From positions 1 through 40,940 of the IMG/VR virus record IMGVR_UViG_3300033489_000025: a DNA stretch of 40,940 nucleotides. One strand, 5' to 3'. Within the stretch, counting starts at the first letter, position 1. Each line of letters opens with the position of its first letter. Below the pieces are notes generated by a model that had not been told where the DNA came from, ran no database searches, and saw only the letters and a list, made by a program, of their open reading frames with translations. Of the stretch, positions 31,638-39,409 are shown one piece after another. This stretch comes from a virus. Both the position numbers and the translations under genes were made by a program.

Positions 31638-31660
31638 GCCCAAAGGGCCTTTTCCCTTTT
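31635..31660 (+). terminator. Intrinsic terminator (copy B, duplicate of 30960-30985)
   Basis: aggccc-aaa-gggcct followed by 'tttccctttt'. Confidence 0.65.
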
Positions 31661-31674
31661 ATAAGGAGGAAAAA

Positions 31675-33522
31675 ATGTTAAATATAGATATAGAAACTTA
31701 TTCTGAACTGGATTTAAAAAAGGTTGGGGTGTATAAATACGCTGAGAACTGTGAAATTATGCTATCGGCTTATGCCTTTGACGATGAGCCTGTAGAGGTT
31801 ATAGACCTTAGCTTAGGCGTATTGCCCTTACGCGTTATCGACGCGCTACTAAATGACAAAGAGATTAAAAGCGCCTGGAATGCCACATTTGAACGTGTAA
31901 TATTGAGTAAATACTTAAAATATGACATTAAGAATTGGGATTGCACGCAATTGCGGGCAGCTTATAAGGGTCTTAGTTTAAAGCTTGGAGATACAGCGGA
32001 AATATTAGGCTGTGATATCCAAAAATATAAGACAAATCTAGTTACTTTCTTTTGTAAACCCAACGCTAAAGGCGAGAGACACAGGGGCGCAGATTATATC
32101 GACAAATGGGAAGAATTTAAGCGGTATAACCGTATAGACGTTGAGACCGAAAGAGCTGTTAAAAAGCTTTTAATGGCTGTTAATATTGAAGGGCCTCTGT
32201 ACCTTAAGGATATAGAAGTTAACGATAGAGGCGTGCTGGTCGATACGTCTTTAATCAAAGAGGCTATACGCTTTGATCAAGAGCGTATAAGTGACGCCAT
32301 TAATGAGATTAAAGCCTTAACGAATATCGCAAATCCTAATAGCCATGTGCAAGTTAAGAAGTGGCTATCCGATCAAGGTTTAACGGTTGATAGTATAGAC
32401 AAAGAACATGTTACAGAGTTACTAGATACTAATTTACAGCCCAATGTTAGGCGAGTGCTGGAACTGCGCGCTAAGACTTCAAAAAGCAGTAGCAAAAAGT
32501 ATCTGGCGGTAGAGCGTGCTACGTGTGAGGATGGGCGCGTAAGGGGATTAACTCAAATGTGCGGAGCTACACGCACAGGGCGATGGGCTGGTAGGGTTAT
32601 ACAGGTTCAAAATCTTTACAAAAATAGAGAACCTTTACTACATGAGGCCCGTGAACTCGTGCGTGGGGGGCACCATCCATTCTTCATCTTTGATGATGAC
32701 ATTTTGAGTCAATTAATTCGCACAGTATTTATAAGCCAGGACGTATTAACGATAGTCGATTTTAGCGCTATCGAAGCGCGAGTATTGGCCTGGATGGCTG
32801 GCGAAAGGTGGGTAATGGATGTTTTCGCAGGGGATGGCAAAATATACGAAGCCACAGCCGCAAAGATGTATGGCGTTAGAATAGAAGATGTGACAAAAGA
32901 GCTAAGGGCAAAGGGCAAAGTCGCGACTCTAGCTTTAGGCTATCAAGGTGCTCTGGGTGCACTTAAGAAAATGGGCGCTGAAGGCACTGAGGAAGAGCTA
33001 AGAGTAATAGTTAACGATTGGCGTAAAGCCTGTCCGCAAATAGTTAACTACTGGGACGAAGTTAACACCGCCGCGTATAACGTTGTGCATTTTGGCGATA
33101 GTGTAGAGGTACCACTTTATGGCGGGAGTGGCGAAAGTATGGGCTTTTCGCGAGATGACAAATGGTTTTATATCACTTTGCCCAGTGGCCGAAAGCTTTG
33201 TTACTTTAACCCCCAGTGGGCTGTGATTAATGAGGAATATGGCATAACCTATGACGGTTTATATGAGGGGAAATGGTTAAAAGGCCTTAACACCTATGGC
33301 GGGAAGCTCGTTGAAAATGGATGTCAAGCCATAGCGCGGGATTGCCTGGCCGAAACGCTATTAAAGTTAGACCATAACGTGGTTATGCATATCCATGATG
33401 AGGTTGTAATTGAAGGTGATTGCCTCGACGAAGCGGTTAAGGTTATGGAAGAAGGAATTAAGTGGGCGAGCGGCTTAATATTAAAAGCTGAAGGATTTAC
33501 GAATAAATATTATAGGAAGTGA
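31675..33522 (+). CDS. Family A DNA polymerase with N-terminal 3'-5' exonuclease
   Basis: 'NIDIETYS' (ExoI), 'DFSAIEARVLAW' (motif A), 'RAKGKVATLALGYQG' (motif B), 'HIHDEVVIE' (motif C). Confidence 0.9.
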   Translation: MLNIDIETYSELDLKKVGVYKYAENCEIMLSAYAFDDEPVEVIDLSLGVLPLRVIDALLNDKEIKSAWNATFERVILSKYLKYDIKNWDCTQLRAAYKGLSLKLGDTAEILGCDIQKYKTNLVTFFCKPNAKGERHRGADYIDKWEEFKRYNRIDVETERAVKKLLMAVNIEGPLYLKDIEVNDRGVLVDTSLIKEAIRFDQERISDAINEIKALTNIANPNSHVQVKKWLSDQGLTVDSIDKEHVTELLDTNLQPNVRRVLELRAKTSKSSSKKYLAVERATCEDGRVRGLTQMCGATRTGRWAGRVIQVQNLYKNREPLLHEARELVRGGHHPFFIFDDDILSQLIRTVFISQDVLTIVDFSAIEARVLAWMAGERWVMDVFAGDGKIYEATAAKMYGVRIEDVTKELRAKGKVATLALGYQGALGALKKMGAEGTEEELRVIVNDWRKACPQIVNYWDEVNTAAYNVVHFGDSVEVPLYGGSGESMGFSRDDKWFYITLPSGRKLCYFNPQWAVINEEYGITYDGLYEGKWLKGLNTYGGKLVENGCQAIARDCLAETLLKLDHNVVMHIHDEVVIEGDCLDEAVKVMEEGIKWASGLILKAEGFTNKYYRK

Positions 33523-33526
33523 TTAT

Positions 33527-33931
33527 ATGAATAAATACAATGCGCAGTTATACGAATATCTTATATACAAAGTGTTTGACGCGTATATCGAACAGGCAAA
33601 GGACCTTAAAGACGATATGCGGACAAAGTATGAGCCTTATGCCTGGTACGCCAGGCATCTAATAGATAATCTTGATACTATATACATTAAGATTTTAGAA
33701 ACATGGTTGCCATTTAAGGGACTTAAAGAATTAGACTGTTGGAATGAGTTAGCTAAAAAAAGAGAAATGTTAATACATTATCAGAAACACTGTTTTGAAT
33801 ATCGTGGGCGCCCTGGAGTATATAGATTTTTAAGTTTAGCCGAGCAAAATGAAAAGGCGAAAAAGTATGTGCATTATGACTTTAGCGCAAAAAAGCCCAA
33901 AAGTTTTGGGGAGGTGCGCAATGAACGCTGA
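33527..33931 (+). CDS. Hypothetical protein
   Basis: Track ORF. Confidence 0.6.
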   Translation: MNKYNAQLYEYLIYKVFDAYIEQAKDLKDDMRTKYEPYAWYARHLIDNLDTIYIKILETWLPFKGLKELDCWNELAKKREMLIHYQKHCFEYRGRPGVYRFLSLAEQNEKAKKYVHYDFSAKKPKSFGEVRNER

Positions 33932-34295
33932 GCGGTTTGACAGGCTACTCGAAATAGCCAAAAAGTATAAACTATATATTAGTAACGATGAAGTCATCGT
34001 TGAAGGAAAAAAAGGACCGAAGATCCCCAGGGTAAACAGCAATGGCGTAAAACAATATTCTTTATACTACAAAGGATACACCAGATACTATGGGGTGCAT
34101 GAGCTCAGAGCATTTTTGGAAAATAAACCTCTGCTTAATGTACGTGTGCCTGTTAACAATAAAGTTATTAACAATAAAGTTATTAAGGGCATGGTATGCG
34201 GCATTTGCGGATTAACCTATCCGCGTAACGAAATGCGCGTTGGGGGCATTTGCTATTTATGTAAGAGTGTGTCGAAAAAAAGCGATTGCTATTAA
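33921..34295 (+). CDS. Hypothetical protein with C-terminal CxxC...CxxC
   Basis: ATG 33921 after GGAGGTG; 'CGICG...CYLCK'; 15-nt tandem duplication at 34155-34184 (NNKVINNKVI). Confidence 0.55.
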   Translation: MNAERFDRLLEIAKKYKLYISNDEVIVEGKKGPKIPRVNSNGVKQYSLYYKGYTRYYGVHELRAFLENKPLLNVRVPVNNKVINNKVIKGMVCGICGLTYPRNEMRVGGICYLCKSVSKKSDCY

Positions 34296-34308
34296 AGGGG
34301 TGAGTGAT

Positions 34309-35163
34309 GTGTTAAAATGGTTTGATAGATGGTGGTTTTTCCATAATGGCTACCACAATTATGATTTTTTCGGTGATCATTTTGGGCCTAGTGGTTATAC
34401 GGTAGACGTGTGTGACCATTGCGGGGAAATGAAGGAAATACCACAAAATTTATATAAGGAGGGAATAGTCCATGTTGGGCTATGTAAAGGTATGAATAAT
34501 TATTGGGAAATAGAACACAAAGAAAATTGGCATAAAGGTATTGACGGTAGTATTCAAACCGCAATGATTTGTGGGGCTGTGCTTAGTAACCTGAGCATTA
34601 GACAATTTGAAAAACTTATGGCGTCGGATTCGCTCATCGACATTGGATGTGGCACAGGCGAAGCCGCAGGTATATTTGATGGGCTCTTAGACCACGACGT
34701 ATTTGCTGTTGACTATTGCGAAAAAGCCACTAGACAAGCGCCTAGTAGGGTAACCGCATTATGCGAAGATTTTAGAAATCTTAAAGCCAGGTACGATATA
34801 GGCTATTGTTCTCAGCTATTGGCATTTTATAAAGATAATTTGCTATCTGAGCTGATAAAATTGGTTAATGAAATGCTTATAGTTGTTGTACCATACGATC
34901 AGAACATGGATGGTCGTGTGACTGAGCCCGCAGAGGGTAATGAGCCTGGAGGTCACAAAAGGGCTTTTAGCAGAAAGGATTTCCCAAAATTCCTGGGCGA
35001 TTTTGAACGCACCACCTTTAAGCCTATGCCAGTTACTAATCCGAGAGTGTTGGGTCAACAGTTATTAGTTGTCTATGAAATAATCGACGACAGGACTAAA
35101 AAAGATATCGAATTTGACCAGAAACAATTGGAAGATTATTATGAGTATTTAGGAAATAGGTAG
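34309..35163 (+). CDS. Class I SAM-dependent methyltransferase (substrate unknown)
   Basis: 'LIDIGCGTGEAAG'; GTG 34309 lies 8 nt after 'aaagggg' (GTG 34300 is an alternative start). Confidence 0.65.
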   Translation: MLKWFDRWWFFHNGYHNYDFFGDHFGPSGYTVDVCDHCGEMKEIPQNLYKEGIVHVGLCKGMNNYWEIEHKENWHKGIDGSIQTAMICGAVLSNLSIRQFEKLMASDSLIDIGCGTGEAAGIFDGLLDHDVFAVDYCEKATRQAPSRVTALCEDFRNLKARYDIGYCSQLLAFYKDNLLSELIKLVNEMLIVVVPYDQNMDGRVTEPAEGNEPGGHKRAFSRKDFPKFLGDFERTTFKPMPVTNPRVLGQQLLVVYEIIDDRTKKDIEFDQKQLEDYYEYLGNR

Positions 35164-35174
35164 TATATAAGTAC

Positions 35175-35227
35175 AGAGACCCTATAAATTCGAGTCGGGA
35201 AATTTGGATTTATAGGGTCTCTTTTTA
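35175..35227 (+). terminator. Strong intrinsic terminator
   Basis: agagaccctataaat ... atttatagggtctct (15-bp arms) followed by 'ttttt'. Confidence 0.8.
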
Positions 35228-35288
35228 TATGTTATTAGAAATGATAGGCGTAAAAGTATATGCGGAAGGATTGATTTTTATATTAAGT

Positions 35289-35308
35289 TGTGATACACTA
35301 ACTTATGT
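35289..35308. repeat. 20-bp element, left copy, flanking the CRISPR array
   Basis: tgtgatacactaacttatgt versus tgtgatacactaacatatgt at 35672-35691 (19/20). Confidence 0.8.
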
Positions 35309-35323
35309 CAATTTATAAAGCTA

Positions 35324-35659
35324 CTTGAACCTTAACAAGAGTTGTATTGAAACTCTATTGCTATAAATATCCCGCCCGAAAGTAGCGGCCTTGAACCTTA
35401 ACAAGAGTTGTATTGAAACTATGCTACATAAAGACAATCGCATAAGTTTAATCCGCTTGAACCTTAACAAGAGTTGTATTGAAACACCTATGACGGGCCA
35501 GACCATAAGGAATATATAAAGCTTGAACCTTAACAAGAGTTGTATTGAAACAAAAGCGTAATAAGGATTTAGATAAAGTCTTGAACCTTAACTTGTATTG
35601 AAACAGCGGCTAATTTGGATTAATACAAGTTATACTTGAACCTTAACTTGTATTGACAC
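35324..35659 (+). CRISPR. Cas-less mini-CRISPR array: 4 intact 30-bp repeats, 2 degenerate 25-bp repeats, 5 spacers
   Basis: Repeat CTTGAACCTTAACAAGAGTTGTATTGAAAC at 35324, 35390, 35456 and 35522. Variants with a 5-bp deletion at 35580 and 35635. Spacers of 36, 36, 36, 28 and 30 bp. Degeneration at the right end implies the leader is on the left. Confidence 0.9.
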
Positions 35660-35671
35660 GGATTATTAAAA

Positions 35672-35691
35672 TGTGATACACTAACATATGT
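35672..35691. repeat. 20-bp element, right copy, flanking the CRISPR array; contains a 14-bp palindrome
   Basis: tgtgatacactaacatatgt; 'ctaacatatgttag' is a perfect palindrome; lies ~30 nt upstream of the RHH gene. Confidence 0.8.
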
Positions 35692-35720
35692 TAGTATTTT
35701 TTATATGGGAGGTTAATCGT

Positions 35721-35882
35721 ATGATAAAGGTGGAGTCGAATGTTAAATATCCTAAGCCTAAAAATAAAGCAACAATTATATATTTGAGTCCTGAAAACCG
35801 CTTAAAGGCTGAAGCCTTAAGCAAACGCGAAAAAGTTAGTATCACACGAGTAATAAACGTACTATTAGAAAGGGCGAGGTAG
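35721..35882 (+). CDS. Ribbon-helix-helix (CopG/Arc-like) DNA-binding protein
   Basis: ATG 35721 after GGGAGG; 'ATIIYLSPENRLKAEALSKREKVSITRVINVLLERA' fits a beta-alpha-alpha pattern. Confidence 0.6.
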   Translation: MIKVESNVKYPKPKNKATIIYLSPENRLKAEALSKREKVSITRVINVLLERAR

Positions 35883-35885
35883 CGT

Positions 35886-37940
35886 ATGAAAAACATCCCA
35901 AAGGGTTTACGAGATGCCAGAGGCTGGATTCCCTGGAAGAGGGTTTCGCGAGATGGGAAAGACCTAAAATTACCCATCAGGCTCGACGGCACAAGCGATG
36001 GATGGAATACCACAAATTATACTTACGATGAGGTCAAAGATTTTGCGCTGATCGGGTTACAACCTAAGGGGCGACTTATATGTATAGACTTAGATAATTG
36101 TTTTGATGATGAGGGCAGGCCAAATGCGGCGGCCCTCGATGCTTTGTCCTTAAAAAGTTATACCGAATATTCGCCAAGCGGTAAGGGATTACACGTCTGG
36201 CTATATACCACGATAGATTATAATTCCATGTCGCGAAAGGGCATAGAATTATTCGCTAATTCTAAATATTGTACCGTAACGGGTCGGCAGTATGGTGGGA
36301 TTGATGAAATCAAGGAAGAAGATATTTCCTGGCTGATAAATAAATACTTTAATGTTAGTAGCGCCCATACGGCTGATCCATTACTTAAAAAAGGGCCTAT
36401 CGGCTCTTTCTGTAGGGCTATTAGCATAGATGAGGCTCTCGAAATGACAGGCCTGTATACGCATATAGAAGGTAATCGCTGGCACTATAACCCTTCGCAC
36501 AGCGCGCCAGGCGTTCTAACATACGAAGATAAATACGTCCTGAGTAACCATGCTACAGACCTGATATGTGATGGCCATCAGCACAACGCTTTTGACCTTG
36601 TGCGAATACATAAGGGTATTGGCGTTAACGAAATGTGCACTTTCGCATACAGTATACCCAAAGTGCAAGAACAGATAAAGAAAGACGCTTTTGGAGATAT
36701 GCCAAAAGGATTAACACATACGAAAAGTGGGGCCCTGGCTAAAACATATGAGAATTTAGAACTTTGTTTCAATATGGATTTTGCCTTTAGGTATAACGAA
36801 TTTACTAAAGAATACGAAATAACAAAAGCGCCCTGGGTGCAAGGCCCGAGGTTATTAGAAGATGCCGATTTCTCGCTGATCGACGTCTGGGTAGGCAAAA
36901 AATACATTTTGTATGGGGCTTCGCACATGATTAAAAATATCATCGTCCAAATGTCACACAATAATGCGTATCATCCCATAAAACAATATTTTGAGGGCCT
37001 GACGCCATGGGATGGCGTTAAAAGGGCCGAAACCCTTCTTATTGACTGTTTTGGCGCTCAAGATAACGCATATACAAGAGCTGTGACATTTAAAGCCTTA
37101 TGCGCGGCCGTCCAAAGGATATATCACCCAGGACGTAAATTCGACTATTGTTTAACACTAATAGGGGAAACGGGCTTACGTAAATCTAGTATTTTTAGAG
37201 CTTTAGCAGGGGATGATTATTTTTCTGATGATTTTAATTTAAGCGACACGAGGGATAAAACAGCTAGCGAAAAAACCTTACGCAATTGGCTTATCGAGAT
37301 CGGTGAACTGGCCGGGATGCGTAAGGCCGACACGGATTGTGTTAAAAGCTTTATGACTCGTCAACAGGATAAATTCAGAGCCGCCTTTGGCCGTGTGGTA
37401 GAAACATATCCCAGACATTGTATATTTGTTGCGACAAGTAATGAACGTAATGGAGTGCTAAAAGACACTACAGGCGGTCGTCGTTGGTGGTTGGTAAATT
37501 GTTTTAAGCGATGGGATGGGATAATCGATCGCGACCAAATATGGGCTGAAATTATGGCAACGGGCCTTAGTGAGCAATTATATCTAGATGACGAACTAGA
37601 GGCCCAGGCTAATCGAATTCAAGCCGAAAACCTGGAGACTGAAGAATCTATAGGTATGATAGAGGATTATTTAAAATGTAAAATACCACAAGACTATTAT
37701 CAAATACCTTTTAGAAGCAGAGACTATTTGAATCTGGGGGAGCCCAAAGACGATTGGCTTAACAGATCATATGTAATAGTAAAGGAGATATGGGTGGACC
37801 TTTTTAAGAAAAACCCCTATGACCTTACGCGACATGAGTCGAATAAGATAGTCGCGGCGCTATTAAAATTAGGCCTTAAACGCAGTGGAAAAAAACGATT
37901 CGGTGTATACGGAGAATGTTTATACTTTACCCTCACTTGA
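35886..37940 (+). CDS. Bifunctional primase-polymerase / VirE-like P-loop replication protein
   Basis: 'ICIDLDNCFDDEG', 'SPSGKGLHVW' (prim-pol); central/C-terminal 'LIGETGLRKSSIF', 'WLIEIGEL' (VirE/D5-like NTPase). Confidence 0.8.
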   Translation: MKNIPKGLRDARGWIPWKRVSRDGKDLKLPIRLDGTSDGWNTTNYTYDEVKDFALIGLQPKGRLICIDLDNCFDDEGRPNAAALDALSLKSYTEYSPSGKGLHVWLYTTIDYNSMSRKGIELFANSKYCTVTGRQYGGIDEIKEEDISWLINKYFNVSSAHTADPLLKKGPIGSFCRAISIDEALEMTGLYTHIEGNRWHYNPSHSAPGVLTYEDKYVLSNHATDLICDGHQHNAFDLVRIHKGIGVNEMCTFAYSIPKVQEQIKKDAFGDMPKGLTHTKSGALAKTYENLELCFNMDFAFRYNEFTKEYEITKAPWVQGPRLLEDADFSLIDVWVGKKYILYGASHMIKNIIVQMSHNNAYHPIKQYFEGLTPWDGVKRAETLLIDCFGAQDNAYTRAVTFKALCAAVQRIYHPGRKFDYCLTLIGETGLRKSSIFRALAGDDYFSDDFNLSDTRDKTASEKTLRNWLIEIGELAGMRKADTDCVKSFMTRQQDKFRAAFGRVVETYPRHCIFVATSNERNGVLKDTTGGRRWWLVNCFKRWDGIIDRDQIWAEIMATGLSEQLYLDDELEAQANRIQAENLETEESIGMIEDYLKCKIPQDYYQIPFRSRDYLNLGEPKDDWLNRSYVIVKEIWVDLFKKNPYDLTRHESNKIVAALLKLGLKRSGKKRFGVYGECLYFTLT

Positions 37941-37952
37941 GGGTCTTTTTTT
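37929..37952 (+). terminator. Intrinsic terminator overlapping the primase stop codon
   Basis: accctc-actt-gagggt followed by 'cttttttt'. Confidence 0.65.
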
Positions 37953-38037
37953 ATGACAAAAAAGGCTTATGTGATAGTATAAATGCCTAAGTGTTTGTCG
38001 CACTGACACCAATTGTTAAAACATCCCAGGGGGGCGG

Positions 38038-38288
38038 TTAATCGCAGAACCCATGTTCTTAATCGCATAACTATTCTCTCCTATAATGCCCTTATATACT
38101 TATTATAATAATAGAGAATAATATATATATATATATACATATAATAAGAGGAGAAAAAAATGCGCGCGTACATATAGGAAATGTGTTATTCTCAGTCTCA
38201 AATCGTACTTTCGCCATATTACTGCGTTTCAAGGTGGTTTAACCTGCGATTAATATTTTTATGCGATTAACTTTAAGGGATAATCGCA
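38038..38288. promoter_or_regulatory. Iteron cluster flanking an AT-rich (TA)n core: candidate replication origin or operator array
   Basis: TTAATCGCA at 38038 and 38059 (+); TGCGATTAA at 38245 and 38262 (inverted); TAATCGCA at 38281 (+); 'atatatatatatatatacatataat' around 38119-38145. Confidence 0.5.
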
Positions 38289-38301
38289 TAAAAATAAAAA
38301 C

Positions 38302-38331
38302 TTGACATCGTACTTGATTGGGGTGTAAAAT
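38302..38331 (+). promoter_or_regulatory. Promoter
   Basis: TTGACA-18 nt-TAAAAT with upstream TG. Confidence 0.6.
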
Positions 38332-38337
38332 AAGAAA

Positions 38338-38450
38338 GTATTCGTTTTGGTTTGATTGATGGCCAGACTAAAGCGAATAAAACACATTCGCATGTGCGTC
38401 TGTGATAATCCGAGCCATCAAAATTGGATTATCCCGGGCGTTTTTTATTT
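38338..38450 (+). ncRNA. Structured ~110-nt leader or small RNA ending in an intrinsic terminator
   Basis: Stem 38397-38411 / 38426-38440 (15 bp, one mismatch, two G-U pairs) followed by TTTTTTATTT. 'ttgatggc' (38356) can pair with 'gccatcaa' (38414) in the terminator loop. Confidence 0.35.
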
Positions 38451-38465
38451 AAAGGGGTGATTAGT

Positions 38466-38654
38466 ATGAACTGTTGCAGTTGTTGTGACTGTCATGAAAA
38501 TAAGGGTAAGAATTGTTCTGATTGTAACGATTGGACTTGTGAGGATTGCCTGGTAACCTGTGAGGGTTGTGGCGATAGTATTTGTGCGGATTGCACAGAA
38601 GGCAATTTATGCAGTCGATGTGCCACAGTTAATAGAAAGGATGATAACGAATGA
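38466..38654 (+). CDS. 62-aa Cys-rich (16 Cys) putative multi-zinc protein
   Basis: ATG 38466 after 'aaagggg'; MNCCSCCDCHENKGKNCSDCNDWTCEDCLVTCEGCGDSICADCTEGNLCSRCATV... Confidence 0.6.
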   Translation: MNCCSCCDCHENKGKNCSDCNDWTCEDCLVTCEGCGDSICADCTEGNLCSRCATVNRKDDNE

Positions 38655-38917
38655 TTATATGTTTAAAAAGCAAAAAGCTTAATAGTATTTTGGACTCAAA
38701 TGAAATCGTGATAACTGATGATACGATTCATATTTTACTGGGTGGGCATACGTTTGAGATTAAACATTCTATGTCTAAGGACGATTTAATGGGCCAGATG
38801 CTAAATGATACATTTATATTGGACGTGGATGACACGTCCGGCGACTGGGTCCTTATGGGAGTGATGAAATGTGTTGGAATTAGTCCTGGAGAAACAGATA
38901 AGGCAGAAGGTAATTGA
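38651..38917 (+). CDS. Hypothetical protein
   Basis: Track ORF; ATGA overlap with the upstream stop. Confidence 0.55.
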   Translation: MIICLKSKKLNSILDSNEIVITDDTIHILLGGHTFEIKHSMSKDDLMGQMLNDTFILDVDDTSGDWVLMGVMKCVGISPGETDKAEGN

Positions 38918-39140
38918 GCTAGGCGGTATGTTCGTAAAGTTTGTTAGCCCAAACTTTGCGGGTGTGCCAGATCGGATCCTGCTGCTTAACGGCAAAATAT
39001 TTTTCGTAGAGCTCAAAACGCCAAAAGGCAAACTTTCAAAGCGACAGCAGCGTGTACATCAAATGTTTAAGGGCCAGGGCTTTGAGCCCCTGGTCGTACA
39101 TAGCGAAGAGGAATTTATTAAAATACTTGATATATTATGA
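38871..39140 (+). CDS. VRR-NUC domain nuclease
   Basis: 'FAGVPDRILLLNGKIFFVELKTPKGKLSKRQ' is a PD-(D/E)xK pattern typical of VRR-NUC; GTG start. Confidence 0.75.
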   Translation: MLELVLEKQIRQKVIELGGMFVKFVSPNFAGVPDRILLLNGKIFFVELKTPKGKLSKRQQRVHQMFKGQGFEPLVVHSEEEFIKILDIL

Positions 39141-39165
39141 ATATTAAAAAAGGGTGGGAAGTAAA

Positions 39166-39375
39166 ATGAATTTAGAACAACTATTAAAGAGCATGACAAA
39201 TGTAACTCCAAATGAAGAGCAAATTATAAGGATAGAAAAAGTTAGAGAATCTTACAAAGAGGTTGCAAGGACTCTTTATGAAAACTGTAAATCCAATAGA
39301 AATTTATCAATAGCAATTACTGAGTTGGAAAATTCTTTGATGAGAGCAGTAAAAAGTATTTGTTTAGAAGATTAA
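39166..39375 (+). CDS. Hypothetical small helical protein
   Basis: ATG 39166 after 'gggtggg'; AT-rich. Confidence 0.55.
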   Translation: MNLEQLLKSMTNVTPNEEQIIRIEKVRESYKEVARTLYENCKSNRNLSIAITELENSLMRAVKSICLED

Positions 39376-39409
39376 AATAACAAAAAAAATAAAAAAGGGG
39401 ATAAAAAAA

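Noticed and set aside
35321-35536. 71-aa minus-strand ORF in the track (MLRFKLYIF...SIQLLLRFK)
   Set aside because: It is the translation of the CRISPR repeats; the peptide 'SIQLLLRFK' recurs once per repeat. It is not a gene.
36218-36961. Minus-strand ORFs 36218..36427 and 36578..36961
   Set aside because: Both are antisense to the prim-pol/VirE gene, which has clear catalytic motifs. They have no RBS and no recognisable domains.
38119-38145. (TA)n run as a stand-alone microsatellite or assembly artefact
   Set aside because: It is short and embedded in a longer AT-rich core flanked by ordered iterons. I treated it as part of the candidate origin rather than as a separate feature.
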